This document shows positions 1 to 10,007 of a stretch of 64,000 nt of DNA, one piece after another. Made by a program: the position numbers and the translations under genes. The notes below the pieces were generated by a model that saw nothing but the letters and a program-made list of their open reading frames with translations, was not told where the DNA came from and searched no databases. This DNA is from an uncultured Chloroflexia bacterium (GTDB taxonomy: Bacteria; Chloroflexota; Limnocylindria; Limnocylindrales; CSP1-4), in NCBI GenBank assembly GCA_963813535.1, contig CAWEZH010000002.1, forward strand, positions 1,408,001 through 1,472,000. The letters are read 5' to 3'. The first letter of the stretch is position 1. The number at the start of each line of letters is the position of its first letter.

Positions 1-1143
1 GACGGCGCCGAGCGTCGGCAGACGCTCCTGGATGACCGGCATGAGCGCGCGCAGCTCGTCGTCGGCCGGCATCCACTCGATGCGCCCGGCTACCCTCTCG
101 GCCTCGACGAACGGCCGCAGGCGGTCGATGAGGTCGTCCGGTTCGAAGCGACGGATCCACTGGCCGTTCATCCACTCGAGCCGCTCACGATCGAAGACCG
201 CGCCACCTTTGTGCACGTCGGTCACGTCGAACCGCTCGATCAGCTCGTCGAGCGACAAGATCTCCTCCTCGGTCCCGGTCGACCAGCCGAGAAGGGCGAG
301 GTAGTTGACGATCGCCTCGCGGACGAAGCCCTGCGCGACGTAGTCGTCGATCGCCGTCTGGCTCTTGCGCTTGCTCATCTTCGTCCGGTCCGGATTGAGG
401 ATCAGCGGCAGGTGCGCGAAACGCGGTACCGCATGACCGAGGGCACGGAACAGGAGGATGTGCTTCGGGGTGTTGGAGAGGTGGTCCTCGCCGCGGATGA
501 CCTCGGTCACCTCCATGGCAGCGTCGTCGACGACGACCGTGAAGTGGTAGAGCGGCGTCCCGTCAGCCCGCACGATCACGAAATCGCCGCCGAGATTGGC
601 CACATCGATCTCGACGCGGCCGCGGACGATGTCATCGAAGCCAACGACCCCCTCGCCCACGCGGAAGCGCAGCGCGCCTCGGCGCCCCTCCGCCTCTCGG
701 GCACGCCGTTCGTCAGGCGTGAGATGGGCGCAGCGACCGACGTAGCGGGGTGGCTCGTGGGCGGCTTCCTGGGCGCGCCGATCGGCCTCCAGCTCCTCGA
801 GGGTGCAGTAGCAGGGATAGGCCAGGTCGTCGGCGAGGAGCCGCTGGGCGGCGGCGGCGTACGCCGGCAGCCGCTCCATCTGGCGGTACGGCCCGTGCGG
901 GCCGCGGGCGGGCTCGCCGGCGACCTCCGGACCCTCGTCCCAGTCCAGGCCGAGCCAGTGCAGTCCATCGAGGATGTCCTTCTCGAATTCGACGGTGCTG
1001 CGGACCTGGTCGGTGTCCTCGAGCCGGAGGATGAACGTGCCACCCACGTGGCGGGCGTGCAGGAAGTTGTAGAGGGCGGTCCTGGCGGTACCGATGTGGA
1101 GCGGCCCGGTCGGGCTCGGGGCGATGCGGACGCGGCTGGTCAC
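1..1143 (-). CDS. gltX: Glutamate--tRNA ligase (5' part; runs off the window start)
   Basis: Manual translation from GTG at 1143 gives VTSRVRIAPSPTGPLHIGTARTALYNFLHA (HIGH-like motif), RLEDTD, YPCYCT, HVIRGEDHLSNTPKH and KMSKRK (KMSKS-like motif). The start overlaps the upstream stop (GTGA). Confidence 0.95.
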   Translation of the reverse strand, partial: MTSRVRIAPSPTGPLHIGTARTALYNFLHARHVGGTFILRLEDTDQVRSTVEFEKDILDGLHWLGLDWDEGPEVAGEPARGPHGPYRQMERLPAYAAAAQRLLADDLAYPCYCTLEELEADRRAQEAAHEPPRYVGRCAHLTPDERRAREAEGRRGALRFRVGEGVVGFDDIVRGRVEIDVANLGGDFVIVRADGTPLYHFTVVVDDAAMEVTEVIRGEDHLSNTPKHILLFRALGHAVPRFAHLPLILNPDRTKMSKRKSQTAIDDYVAQGFVREAIVNYLALLGWSTGTEEEILSLDELIERFDVTDVHKGGAVFDRERLEWMNGQWIRRFEPDDLIDRLRPFVEAERVAGRIEWMPADDELRALMPVIQERLPTLGAV

Positions 1144-1868
1144 CGCTCGGGGACCGTGTGGAATAGCCCGGGGTCCGCCTCGCCGTGAAGGACCCGGATG
1201 AGCGCGGCAGGTCGGAGCCCGAGCGTCGCCCGACCGCGAGGACCATCAAGCGTCAAGGAGTCGAGCGATTCCGAGCGGGCCAGGATGGTCACCGGCGCGC
1301 CCGGCTTGAGCGCGCGGGCCTCGAGGTAGGAGAGCAGGCCCGCGTCCTCCTCGGCCGCCTCGGTGATGCGATAGATCGTGGCATGCGTGCCCGCCTCGAC
1401 CTCGGACAGCCGCACCCCGGCGGGTCGCTTTCGCGCCGTCGCCGCATCGATCGGGTTGCCGTGGGGGCAGATCTCCGGATGGCCGAGCATCTCGTCGAGC
1501 CGTGCCTCGACGCGCGGCGAGATGGCGACCTGGAGCCGCATCGCCTCCTCGTCCGACTCGGCCCACCCCAGCCCGACGACGCTCGTCAGGAGCCACTCGA
1601 GCAGCGCGTGGCGCCGGAAGATGGCGTCCGCCGCAGCGCGACCGGGCGTCGTGAGCCGGAGCTCTCGGCCGCCGTCATGCTCGACCAGACCGTCGGTGCC
1701 GAGCCGTCGGAACATCTCGCTGGCCGCCTGCGTAGTCACGCCGAGGTGGCGCGCGATCTCCGCGGCCGTCGCTCGTGACCCTTCCTCCGAGCCCGCCGTC
1801 ACTCGCAGCGCGAGCAGGTACTCCTGCGCTGCGGCCGACAGGTCGCGCTGGTCGCTCCGACGGGGCAT
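1140..1868 (-). CDS. DtxR/IdeR/MntR-family transcriptional regulator with C-terminal FeoA/SH3-like domain
   Basis: EYLLAL...AEIARHLGVT..AASEMFRRL winged HTH, LTTPGRAAA, RRHALLE, LGHPEICPHGNPI, and a FeoA-like tail (LLSYLEARALKPG). Confidence 0.9.
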   Translation of the reverse strand: MPRRSDQRDLSAAAQEYLLALRVTAGSEEGSRATAAEIARHLGVTTQAASEMFRRLGTDGLVEHDGGRELRLTTPGRAAADAIFRRHALLEWLLTSVVGLGWAESDEEAMRLQVAISPRVEARLDEMLGHPEICPHGNPIDAATARKRPAGVRLSEVEAGTHATIYRITEAAEEDAGLLSYLEARALKPGAPVTILARSESLDSLTLDGPRGRATLGLRPAALIRVLHGEADPGLFHTVPER

Positions 1869-1872
1869 GCCC

Positions 1873-3213
1873 TCAGGATACCGGGCTGGCCCTGCGCCGA
1901 ACCTCGCGAGCGACGCCGTAGCCCAGACCGGCGACCCACGCCAGGATCATCAACCCGCCCAGGATCGATCTGCCCGTCGCCATGCTCTCGGGGTCGCCGG
2001 TGGCGAACAGGAGGAGCGACGCCGGGAAGACCGTCCCGAGGATGGCGATCGTGCCGATCGTCGCGACTCGTGCCAGCCTCGGCAGCAGGATCAGCAGGAG
2101 CAGCAACCCGAGCTGCGCGACCCATGTGAGCGGCGCCACCGCGGGCGGGCACGTGGCGGCGAACCGGCCGCACCCGGTCACTTCGCCAGCGAACCATCCG
2201 GCGCCGAGTGCGATGGGCGCCCAACCGATGACGGCGCGCCCGATGCGTGCGACGCTCGTCGGGTGGTCGTCGTCCAGCCAGCCGCGGATGGAGGCCATCA
2301 CCGCATCGGTCGAGAGGTCCGCCGCCAGGTCGTCGACGTCGATGGTCCGAGCGACGGGAGGGGCCGTCGGGCGCGGAGCGGCTCCCGGCGGTCGGCTGCC
2401 GCCGCCCGCGGACGAGCTCGTCGCCGGTTCCGCCGTCGTCGCCTCCCACCACGACGAGGTCGTGTGGGTCGGCGGCGGCGGTCCGGCCGTCGTGCCGGAG
2501 GCATCGACGTCGATGGACGGCCCGGACGATGGCGGTGCGGTGTCATCGACGGTGTCCGAGGCGCCCATCGCCGACACGCTCGGCGCGTCATCGTCGCGCT
2601 CCTGTCGCGCTCTGCGCGCTCGGGCCTGGTACTCGGGCCCGTGCTTGCGGGGATCCGCGTATTCCTTCGGATTGAGCGTCCAGTACGTCCCCGACGTCGT
2701 GCCGTACCACGACGCGCCGCCCCAGTCGGGCTCGAACGTCTCCGGATCGACGTCGTCGTACGACGTGGAGCCGAGCGTCGCCTTCTTCGGTCGCCGCTGC
2801 CCTGGATCGTCGGCGTCGCGCGCGCGACCGTCGCGACCGGGCGTGTCGGGCCGACCCGTCCGAGTGGATCCATCGGGTCGAGGCGATGACCTCGGCCGTG
2901 GACCGGGTCGCGGTCCGGGCCTCGGCCGAGGTCGGCCGCCGTACGCGCGATAGGTGGCGCCGGCTCGGTCCGCGTCGGCATCGTAGGCTCGTCGAGTGGC
3001 TCCCGGCCTGCCTCGCCCGACCGTGGGTGGTCCCGACCCATCCGGCCCGGCGATCTGGTCGTAGGCCGCCTGGATGGCGAGGAACCGCGGCAGCGCCGCC
3101 TCACCGGCGGCGTCGGGGTGGTTCGCCTTGACGAGGCGTCGATAGGCGCGCTTGACCTCATCGAGGGATGCCCCTCGGTCGAGGCCGAGCGTGCGATACG
3201 GGTCGTCGGGCAT
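1873..3213 (-). CDS. J-domain (DnaJ-like) membrane protein
   Basis: N-terminal DPYRTLGL...VKRAYRRLVKANHPD...AIQAAYDQI J-domain with HPD motif, low-complexity linker, about 4 C-terminal hydrophobic helices. Confidence 0.85.
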   Translation of the reverse strand: MPDDPYRTLGLDRGASLDEVKRAYRRLVKANHPDAAGEAALPRFLAIQAAYDQIAGPDGSGPPTVGRGRPGATRRAYDADADRAGATYRAYGGRPRPRPGPRPGPRPRSSPRPDGSTRTGRPDTPGRDGRARDADDPGQRRPKKATLGSTSYDDVDPETFEPDWGGASWYGTTSGTYWTLNPKEYADPRKHGPEYQARARRARQERDDDAPSVSAMGASDTVDDTAPPSSGPSIDVDASGTTAGPPPPTHTTSSWWEATTAEPATSSSAGGGSRPPGAAPRPTAPPVARTIDVDDLAADLSTDAVMASIRGWLDDDHPTSVARIGRAVIGWAPIALGAGWFAGEVTGCGRFAATCPPAVAPLTWVAQLGLLLLLILLPRLARVATIGTIAILGTVFPASLLLFATGDPESMATGRSILGGLMILAWVAGLGYGVAREVRRRASPVS

Positions 3214-3270
3214 CGGTCGGTGCGCTCCTGGCCGGGCTCGGGTTCGAGGGCCCTCGGAGGGCCGCCCCCG

Positions 3271-4416
3271 TCAGCCGATCAGTTCGCCGACAGGCGCGAG
3301 CTCGAACTCCGGGATCGATTCTGCGCCGACCCGGCCGTGAGGGTCGAGGATCGTCGGTCGGTGGTAGCGGACCAGCATCCGAAGCGCCTGCCCGTCGAGG
3401 ACGCCGACCTGCCGTAGGGCCTCGACCGACGCGGCCCAGGTGCCGCGGTCGTAGCCGTCGCCATCCTCGATCTTGACCGCCAATCCCGACGCCTCGTCGA
3501 GCAACGTCCCGGAGCGCGGACCGGGCAGGATCGCGACGGCGCGGAGTGCCTCCATGCCCGCCTTGCTGACCAGGCGGCCCTCGACCGCCTTCATAAGCGA
3601 TGTGTCGAGTCGATCGTGTCGCCCGGCGACCATCTCCGGGTTGTCGACCATGGCGTCGCGCACGATCGTGAGCGCGGGTGCCAGCGAGCTGCGCGTGTCG
3701 CGCGATGGCACGCTCGACGGGTCGGCCAGGAATGCGTACGCCTGGGCGACCTGTCGAAGGCGGAAGCCGTAGGTCTCTACCCCGCAGCCGTCGATGGCGG
3801 TCTCGAGCCGCTCCGGGGTCGTCCCGTAGGCCCGGGCGACAGCCGAGCGGTACGCGGCCTGCGACGGATGCTCCGGCTGCCAGTAGGTCTCGGGATCCCA
3901 GCCCTTGAGACGAGACAGCAGCAGCGAGACGGCGTGTTGCCCGGAGCACATGTGACGGATCGCTCCGGGCTTCTCCCCGTCACGCGCAAGACGGGCGGCG
4001 GTCAGCGGATCGAGGGGCATGCCCTCGTTCCCGCACGCGAGCATCGATTGGCTCACTCCGGCCCGACGGAACATCCCCTGCAGGGTCCGGACGTGGAAGT
4101 CCTCGCCGGAGTGCGAGCTCGCCATGATCGCGAGCTCGGCCGGCTCGAGATCGAATGCCTCGATCCCGCCAGCCTCGATGAGCGCCACCAGACCGAACGG
4201 TTTGACGGTCGAGCGGAGCGTGACGACCCGGTCCGGGTCACCGAGGGAGCGGATCAGCCGACCGCTGGCGTCGGCCTCGACGATGTCGCCGCGGTGGACA
4301 CTCTCCTCGATGCCGTTCCTCATGTGGCGGACGAGCACCGGCGTGTCGGCACGAACGCGGTTCCGGGTCCGTGCCCGACCGGTCCGAGGGGTCGCGCGCT
4401 CCGCGGCGAGGGTCAC
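3271..4416 (-). CDS. L-asparaginase II (Rhizobium AnsA-type) family protein
   Basis: ESVHRG, RSTVKPF, SSHSGE..H, HMCSGQH, IDGCG, VSKAGME and AVKIEDG motifs. Confidence 0.85.
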   Translation of the reverse strand: MTLAAERATPRTGRARTRNRVRADTPVLVRHMRNGIEESVHRGDIVEADASGRLIRSLGDPDRVVTLRSTVKPFGLVALIEAGGIEAFDLEPAELAIMASSHSGEDFHVRTLQGMFRRAGVSQSMLACGNEGMPLDPLTAARLARDGEKPGAIRHMCSGQHAVSLLLSRLKGWDPETYWQPEHPSQAAYRSAVARAYGTTPERLETAIDGCGVETYGFRLRQVAQAYAFLADPSSVPSRDTRSSLAPALTIVRDAMVDNPEMVAGRHDRLDTSLMKAVEGRLVSKAGMEALRAVAILPGPRSGTLLDEASGLAVKIEDGDGYDRGTWAASVEALRQVGVLDGQALRMLVRYHRPTILDPHGRVGAESIPEFELAPVGELIG

Positions 4417-4548
4417 CCCGCGAGGATACCGCGCACGGCGTCACGTGGGGGCCGTGTCTGACGCGCCATCGAGACCCGATGGTCCCGCTGCTCGGTGGGC
4501 CCTCCGCATGGCGGTTTCGACGCGTGCCCACTGCTACGGTCCTGTCCG

Positions 4549-5331
4549 ATGTCTCGGGGATCGGTCCGGTTCGGTATGCGCGTCGCCGCGATGCTCGTGA
4601 TCGCTGCGATGGGCATCGGCTGCCTCCCGCCAGCGCAGGCTGGGACCCGCGACTCGACCGGACCCGCCGTCCCCGCTGCGTCCGCATCCGCACGGCCATC
4701 GCCGACGTCACCGACGTTCCTCGCGGCGATCGCCGCGTTCACGAAGCGCGTGACGAGCGGGAAGCTCACCTATCGCGTGGCCTTCAAGGGGAACGTCCGG
4801 GCCTCCTCCGACGATTTGCCGATCGCGGGGTCGATGGACGTGTCCGGCGCCGATTTCGCCAGCACGTTCACGTATGACATGAGCCGCGAATACGACCTGG
4901 GCAAGATCCGCGTCCAGGTTCGCGGGGTGAAGGGCAAGGGCTACATCAAGTCCGGAGCCGCGGCGTGGCGGGCCATCAAGGGCTTTGGCGTCGGGTATTC
5001 GTACGTCCCGTTCAAGACTGTCGCGGGTCCCGGTGACGTGAAGTACCTCGGCGCGGTCAAGGTGGGCGGCAAGACCTTCCACAGGATCGGCCTCACCGGC
5101 GCCCTGCTGATCCACCCCAACACGATCCCCGGGATGTCGCAGAAGGAGAAGGTCGACGACACCGTCCTCGAGGTCGTGATCGACAATTCCGGACGGCCCC
5201 GGTCGGGGTCCTGGACCCTGTGGGGCAAGTCCCGCGTCGGCGTGGGCGCCGGACAGCTCCAGCGCGTCGTCTACGAGCTCACCCTGACGTTCACCAAGGT
5301 CGGTTCGAAGGTCAAGATCTCCCGGCCGTAG
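4549..5331 (+). CDS. Exported hypothetical protein (possibly LppX/LprAFG- or LolA-like beta fold)
   Basis: Signal-like N-terminus (MRVAAMLVIAAMGIGCLPPAQA), Lys-rich beta-strand pattern and native codon usage. Start chosen at ATG 4549, 8 nt after TACGGT. Confidence 0.6.
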   Translation: MSRGSVRFGMRVAAMLVIAAMGIGCLPPAQAGTRDSTGPAVPAASASARPSPTSPTFLAAIAAFTKRVTSGKLTYRVAFKGNVRASSDDLPIAGSMDVSGADFASTFTYDMSREYDLGKIRVQVRGVKGKGYIKSGAAAWRAIKGFGVGYSYVPFKTVAGPGDVKYLGAVKVGGKTFHRIGLTGALLIHPNTIPGMSQKEKVDDTVLEVVIDNSGRPRSGSWTLWGKSRVGVGAGQLQRVVYELTLTFTKVGSKVKISRP

Positions 5332-5360
5332 AGTTGCCGGTGGCCATCGGCCGGCGTCGA

Positions 5361-6023
5361 TCAGCCCTGGCCGCCGGTCCCGAACTGGCGGTCCCCGGCG
5401 TCACCCAGGCCCGGCATGATGTAGCCCTTCTCGTTGAGGCCGCGATCGAGCGCGGCGCAATGGATCTCGACGTCCGGGTGCGCGGTCTGGACCGCCGCCA
5501 CACCTTCCGGCGCGGCGATCAAGTTCACGAGCTTGATCCGCACCGGCTGCACGGCGCCCCAGCGCTTGAGCACGTCGATGGCCGCGGTGGCGCTGCCACC
5601 CGTCGCCAGCATCGGGTCGAGGATCAGGCACAGGTCGACGGTCGCGGAGTCCGGCAGCTTGTTGTAGTACTCGACGGGTCGCAGCGTCCGCTCGTCGCGG
5701 AACAGGCCGAGGTGCCAGACCTGGGCGGTCGGCATGAGCTCGAGCATCGCGTCGACCATGCCGAGGCCCGCTCGCAGGATGGGGATCAGGCCGATCCGCT
5801 CGCCGAGCTCGCTCGCGTCCATCTCCTCCATGGGGGTCCGGATGCGGAGCGGGCGGGTCTTGACGTCCTGGAGCGCCTCGTAACCGAGCAGCCAGCTGAG
5901 CTCGCGCACGACCTCGCGGAACTTCTTGGGCTCGGTGTCCTGGTCGCGCAGGACGGCGAGCTTGTGCAGGACTGCCGGGTGCGTCGAGACGTGCAGGGTC
6001 TCGCGAAGGTCGGGCTGGGTCAC
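5361..6023 (-). CDS. upp: Uracil phosphoribosyltransferase
   Basis: [20 protein letters not shown] (PRPP motif), [17 protein letters not shown]. Confidence 0.97.
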   Translation of the reverse strand: MTQPDLRETLHVSTHPAVLHKLAVLRDQDTEPKKFREVVRELSWLLGYEALQDVKTRPLRIRTPMEEMDASELGERIGLIPILRAGLGMVDAMLELMPTAQVWHLGLFRDERTLRPVEYYNKLPDSATVDLCLILDPMLATGGSATAAIDVLKRWGAVQPVRIKLVNLIAAPEGVAAVQTAHPDVEIHCAALDRGLNEKGYIMPGLGDAGDRQFGTGGQG

Positions 6024-6121
6024 GGCGCGATGGTAGCGCGACCCGAGGAGGGCGATCCCTGGAATCCGAAGGGCCGGCCCGACGGATCGGACCGGCCCTC
6101 CTCATCGCACGGTGACTGGGG

Positions 6122-7288
6122 TCAGTTGCCGCCGGCTGTCACCTCGACGGTGCCCTTCACGAAGGATTCGCCCTTGGTGTCCGCATCGGCGAGCTCCCCG
6201 AGCGCGGCCTCGGCGAGGTCCGTCCGATAGGCGTCCGCCGGCGGCGCCGCCTTGATGACGCCCGCGCCGAGCGAGACGTCGACGGTCTGCTGCCATTGGG
6301 CCGCGTCCATCATGCCGATACCCGCGGGGGACGGCCAGATCAGCGGGTTGATCTCGTTCATCATCCAGCGCTGATGCCCGGCCGGCAGCTGCGAACCGGC
6401 ATCGACGGTCGACTGGATGCAGTCGTCCGGGTTCTCGCGGCAGTAGACCCAGCCCTGGAACGAGGCCTTCAGGAACGCCTTGGCGATGTCTTCATTGCCG
6501 GCTTCTGCGAGCCACGCGGCGCGCGCGAAGAGCGCGTCCTGCAGCATCGCGACACCCTCGTCGTTCCAGTTGATGACGTTGAGGTCGGTCGGCTGGTACA
6601 GCTCGCCCGACTCAGGATTCGTCGCCTCGAGGACCTGGGCGTACTCGTTGTAGATCATCGCCTCGGCGACGTCGATCTGCTTCGAGAGCAGCAGGGTCAT
6701 GTCGAACGGCTGGATGACCTTCTCGTAGTCGGTGCCCTGCTCGAGACCGGCCTTCTTGGCGCCGGCCGTGACCTCGAACTCGTTGCCGAAGTCCCAGACG
6801 CCGATCTTCTTGCCCTTGAAGTCGGCCGGCTTGGTGATATTCGTGTCCTTCCACGAGACGGACAGGGTGCCCGAGCGCTGGAAGATCTGGGCGATGTTCA
6901 CGAGGTCGGAACCGGCCTCGCGGGCCTCGAGGACCTTGGGGACCCACGAGATGGTGAACTCGGGGCCATCGGGCGCCGAGCCGACCTGCTGCGGGACCAC
7001 GGTCGGGCCGCCATCGAGGATCGTGACGTCGAGACCGGCGGCCTCGAAGTAGCCCTGGTCCTTCGCGGCGAAGTAGCCCGCGAACTGGGCCTGCGGCGCC
7101 CACTGCAGCTGGAGGCTGACCTTGGTCAGCTCGGCCGGCGCGCTGGCAGACGGCTCGGTCGATGCGGACGCGCTCGCTGCGGGCTCGCTCGCCGACGGCG
7201 CGCTCGTCGCTGCTCCGCCGCTCGTACACGCGGCGAACAGCATGCTGGCCGACGCGGCCAGTGCCAGGACCATCCTGGATCGCTTCAT
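6122..7288 (-). CDS. ABC transporter substrate-binding lipoprotein, NMT1/THI5-like (probably pyrimidine)
   Basis: Lipobox LFAAC, LQLQWAPQAQFAGYFAAKDQGYF, DVAEAMIYNE. Strong GGAGGAGG RBS before ATG 7288. Confidence 0.88.
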   Translation of the reverse strand: MKRSRMVLALAASASMLFAACTSGGAATSAPSASEPAASASASTEPSASAPAELTKVSLQLQWAPQAQFAGYFAAKDQGYFEAAGLDVTILDGGPTVVPQQVGSAPDGPEFTISWVPKVLEAREAGSDLVNIAQIFQRSGTLSVSWKDTNITKPADFKGKKIGVWDFGNEFEVTAGAKKAGLEQGTDYEKVIQPFDMTLLLSKQIDVAEAMIYNEYAQVLEATNPESGELYQPTDLNVINWNDEGVAMLQDALFARAAWLAEAGNEDIAKAFLKASFQGWVYCRENPDDCIQSTVDAGSQLPAGHQRWMMNEINPLIWPSPAGIGMMDAAQWQQTVDVSLGAGVIKAAPPADAYRTDLAEAALGELADADTKGESFVKGTVEVTAGGN

Positions 7289-7346
7289 GGCTCCTCCTCC
7301 AGATTCCTTCGACCCCGCGGGGTCGTTGACGTCGCGCGGCACGCCC

Positions 7347-8201
7347 CTACGGCTCATCCGCTCGGATGGACGCGTGCCAGGGGATGAAGATCCGTTCAAG
7401 GATGACGACGGCCAAGTAGAACACGATACCGGTCACCGCGGCCAGCAGGACGGCCGCCCACGTGACGTCGAAGCGCAGCGCGCTCGACGCCTGGACGATG
7501 ATCCGGCCGAGGACCAGCGATGATCCCCCGAAGTACTCCCCCACGATCGCGCCGATCAGGCTCAGGGTCGTGGCCACCTTGAGGGCGGTGAAGAAGTACG
7601 GGAGTGCGGTCGGCACGCGGACCTTGCGCAGGACCGTCCACTCGGACGCGGCGTAGGAGCGCATCAGCTCGAGCGCGGCCGGCTCCGCAGCCGTCAGCCC
7701 GCGGGTGACGTTCACCATCACGGGGAAGTACACGAGCACCGCGGCCATCATCATCTTGCTCAACGGCGACAGCGCCCCGAACCAGTTGTTCATCAACGGC
7801 GCGAACGCGATGATCGGGATCGCGCCGGCGGCCACGCCGATCGGGATGAGGGTGTTCCTGGCCGTCGCCCAGCGCGAGGTGAGGAACGCGGTCCCGACGC
7901 CGGCGACCGTCCCGATGACCAGCCCGCCGACCGCCTCGAGCATGGTCGCCTGCCACGACGGCAGCAACCCAAATCGGCCGGTGGCCCAGTTGTCTGCGAG
8001 GGCGGCGATGATCGCCGATGGTCGCGGCAGGATGAATGCACGCAACCCGATGGCGCCCACGATCAGCTCCCAGGCGACGATCGCGCCCACGAACACGATC
8101 ACGGCCGGCGCGTATTCGACGACCCGACGTCCGGCGTCGCTCCCCCGACCCGGACCCGACCCGATCGGTCGGCCTGGCACCGCCTCAGCTCGCGCGCTCA
8201 T
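7347..8201 (-). CDS. ABC transporter permease (SsuC/TauC-like)
   Basis: LPRPSAI, IPIIAFAPL, EAA-loop region LELMRSYAAS, ALPYFFTALK, GAIVGEY. Confidence 0.92.
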   Translation of the reverse strand: MSARAEAVPGRPIGSGPGRGSDAGRRVVEYAPAVIVFVGAIVAWELIVGAIGLRAFILPRPSAIIAALADNWATGRFGLLPSWQATMLEAVGGLVIGTVAGVGTAFLTSRWATARNTLIPIGVAAGAIPIIAFAPLMNNWFGALSPLSKMMMAAVLVYFPVMVNVTRGLTAAEPAALELMRSYAASEWTVLRKVRVPTALPYFFTALKVATTLSLIGAIVGEYFGGSSLVLGRIIVQASSALRFDVTWAAVLLAAVTGIVFYLAVVILERIFIPWHASIRADEP

Positions 8202-9076
8202 CCGACCGCGCCCTCGGCAGTCGTCCGGCGGGCCGACGCGATCGCCTCGGTGTCGGGGTCAGTCAGCCCTTCGCGGCCGCGCAGGGCCTCGCGGACCTGC
8301 GTGACCACCTCGAAGTAGCGCTCGCTCTCGCGCGTCTCCTCGTCGCGTGGACGAGGCAGGTCGACGTCGATGACGCTGGCGATGCGGCCCGGGCGTGGAC
8401 TCATGACGACCACCCGCGACGACATGAACACGGCCTCCGGGATCGAGTGCGTGACGAAGACGATCGTTGTCCCGGTGCGGTCCCAGATCCGCTGGACCTC
8501 CGAGTTCATGCGTTCCCGGGTCATCTCATCGAGCGCCCCGAACGGTTCGTCCATCAGCAGGATCGAGGGCTCGAATGCGAGCGCGCGGGCGATCGCCACG
8601 CGCTGCTGCATCCCGCCCGACAGCTGCCACGGGTAGTGATGGACGAAGTCCTCGAGCTCGACCAGGTCGAGCATCTCGGCGGCCTTCGCCTGGCGACGCG
8701 CCGCGTCGAGACCCTGGATCTCGAGCGGGAGCTTGACGTTGTCCTCCACCGTCCGCCAGTCGAACAGGACGGGTGCCTGGAACACCATCCCGTAGTCGCG
8801 GTCGCGCCGGGCACGATCGGCCGGCTTGCCGTTGACGATGACGCTGCCGCTCGACGGCTTGATGAGGTCGCCGATGATCCGCAACAGGGTCGACTTGCCG
8901 CAGCCGGACGGTCCGATCAGCGACACGAATTCCCCTCGACGGATGTCGAGGTCGATCCCGTCGAGCGCGGTCATCTCCGAGCCGTCGCGCCGCGCGAAGA
9001 CCCGGCCCACGTCGGACAACCGGACGACGGGTTCCGGATTCGCCGTGCCGTCTGCTGCAGTCACGGAGTCCGCCAT
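8198..9076 (-). CDS. ABC transporter ATP-binding protein (SsuB/TauB-like)
   Basis: Walker A GPSGCGKST, signature LSGGMQQRVAIARAL, Walker B LLMDEPFGALD, VTH. ATG 9076 overlaps the upstream stop (TGATG). Confidence 0.95.
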   Translation of the reverse strand: MADSVTAADGTANPEPVVRLSDVGRVFARRDGSEMTALDGIDLDIRRGEFVSLIGPSGCGKSTLLRIIGDLIKPSSGSVIVNGKPADRARRDRDYGMVFQAPVLFDWRTVEDNVKLPLEIQGLDAARRQAKAAEMLDLVELEDFVHHYPWQLSGGMQQRVAIARALAFEPSILLMDEPFGALDEMTRERMNSEVQRIWDRTGTTIVFVTHSIPEAVFMSSRVVVMSPRPGRIASVIDVDLPRPRDEETRESERYFEVVTQVREALRGREGLTDPDTEAIASARRTTAEGAVG

Positions 9077-10002
9077 CACGTCGCGCTCGGGGCCGTGCGC
9101 CCGCGCAGCAAGAAGCGCTCGGCCAGCCAGATGCAGCCGAAGAACACGACGCCGAGGAGCGAGGCCGCGAGGATCGCCGCCCACAGCTTCTCCGGACCCG
9201 TGATGTAGTACTGGTTGAACGTCGTGATGACACGGCCGAGACCGGCCTGGATGCCGCCCGTGTCCTCCCCGATGATGGCGCCGACGATGCTCGCGCTCGC
9301 CGCGATCTTGAGCGCGGTGAACAGGTACGGCATGGATGCCGGCAGGCGGAGCTTCCAGTAGATCGTCGAGCGTGACGCAGCGTAGGAGCGCATCAGCTCG
9401 AGCGAACGCGGGTCGAACGAGCGCAGGCCGCGGATCATCGCGATCGTCACGGGGAAGAAGGTCAGGTACGTGGCGATGATGACGACCGACAGGACGCCCT
9501 GCCCCAGCGCGAACACGATCAGCGGCGCGAGCGCGATGATCGGGATGGTCTGGCTAGCGATGACGTAGGGCACGAACGCACGCTCCATCAGCCGCGAGTG
9601 CACGAAGATCGTCGCGAGCAGAAGCCCGAGGAACGCGCCCAGCAGGAACCCGATCCCCGCCTCGCGCCAGGTGTAGAGCGAGGCGCCGACGAGGTACTCG
9701 GCGAGGCTCTGGTCTGCGTTGCGTTGGAACGGCTGGCCGAGCGCGTAGGCGATGTTCCAGACGTGGGGCAGGTTCAGGTCGTTCGCGAACGCCCAGCGGA
9801 ACGGCGGATCCCAGAGGACCGGGGCGCCGGGGCCGGCACCGATCGGGCGCCACGGAACGCCACCCAGGAACTTCGCGCCTTCCCACACCGCCAGGACGAG
9901 CAGCAGGAACAGCCCGAACGTGACGAGCGGCTTCGCTCTCGAGCGGACCGCCGACCCGCGCCAGACGGACGCGCGATCGCTCTGGATCACGGTCGTCGCC
10001 AT
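9076..10002 (-). CDS. ABC transporter permease (SsuC/TauC-like)
   Basis: SQTIPIIALAPL, LELMRSYAAS, PYLFTALK, VGAIIGE and multiple TM helices. Confidence 0.92.
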   Translation of the reverse strand: MATTVIQSDRASVWRGSAVRSRAKPLVTFGLFLLLVLAVWEGAKFLGGVPWRPIGAGPGAPVLWDPPFRWAFANDLNLPHVWNIAYALGQPFQRNADQSLAEYLVGASLYTWREAGIGFLLGAFLGLLLATIFVHSRLMERAFVPYVIASQTIPIIALAPLIVFALGQGVLSVVIIATYLTFFPVTIAMIRGLRSFDPRSLELMRSYAASRSTIYWKLRLPASMPYLFTALKIAASASIVGAIIGEDTGGIQAGLGRVITTFNQYYITGPEKLWAAILAASLLGVVFFGCIWLAERFLLRGRTAPSAT

Positions 10003-10007
10003 GTCGC

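Noticed and set aside
211-1188. 325-aa plus-strand ORF
   Set aside because: Antisense to gltX, whose HIGH/KMSKS-like motifs are on the minus strand
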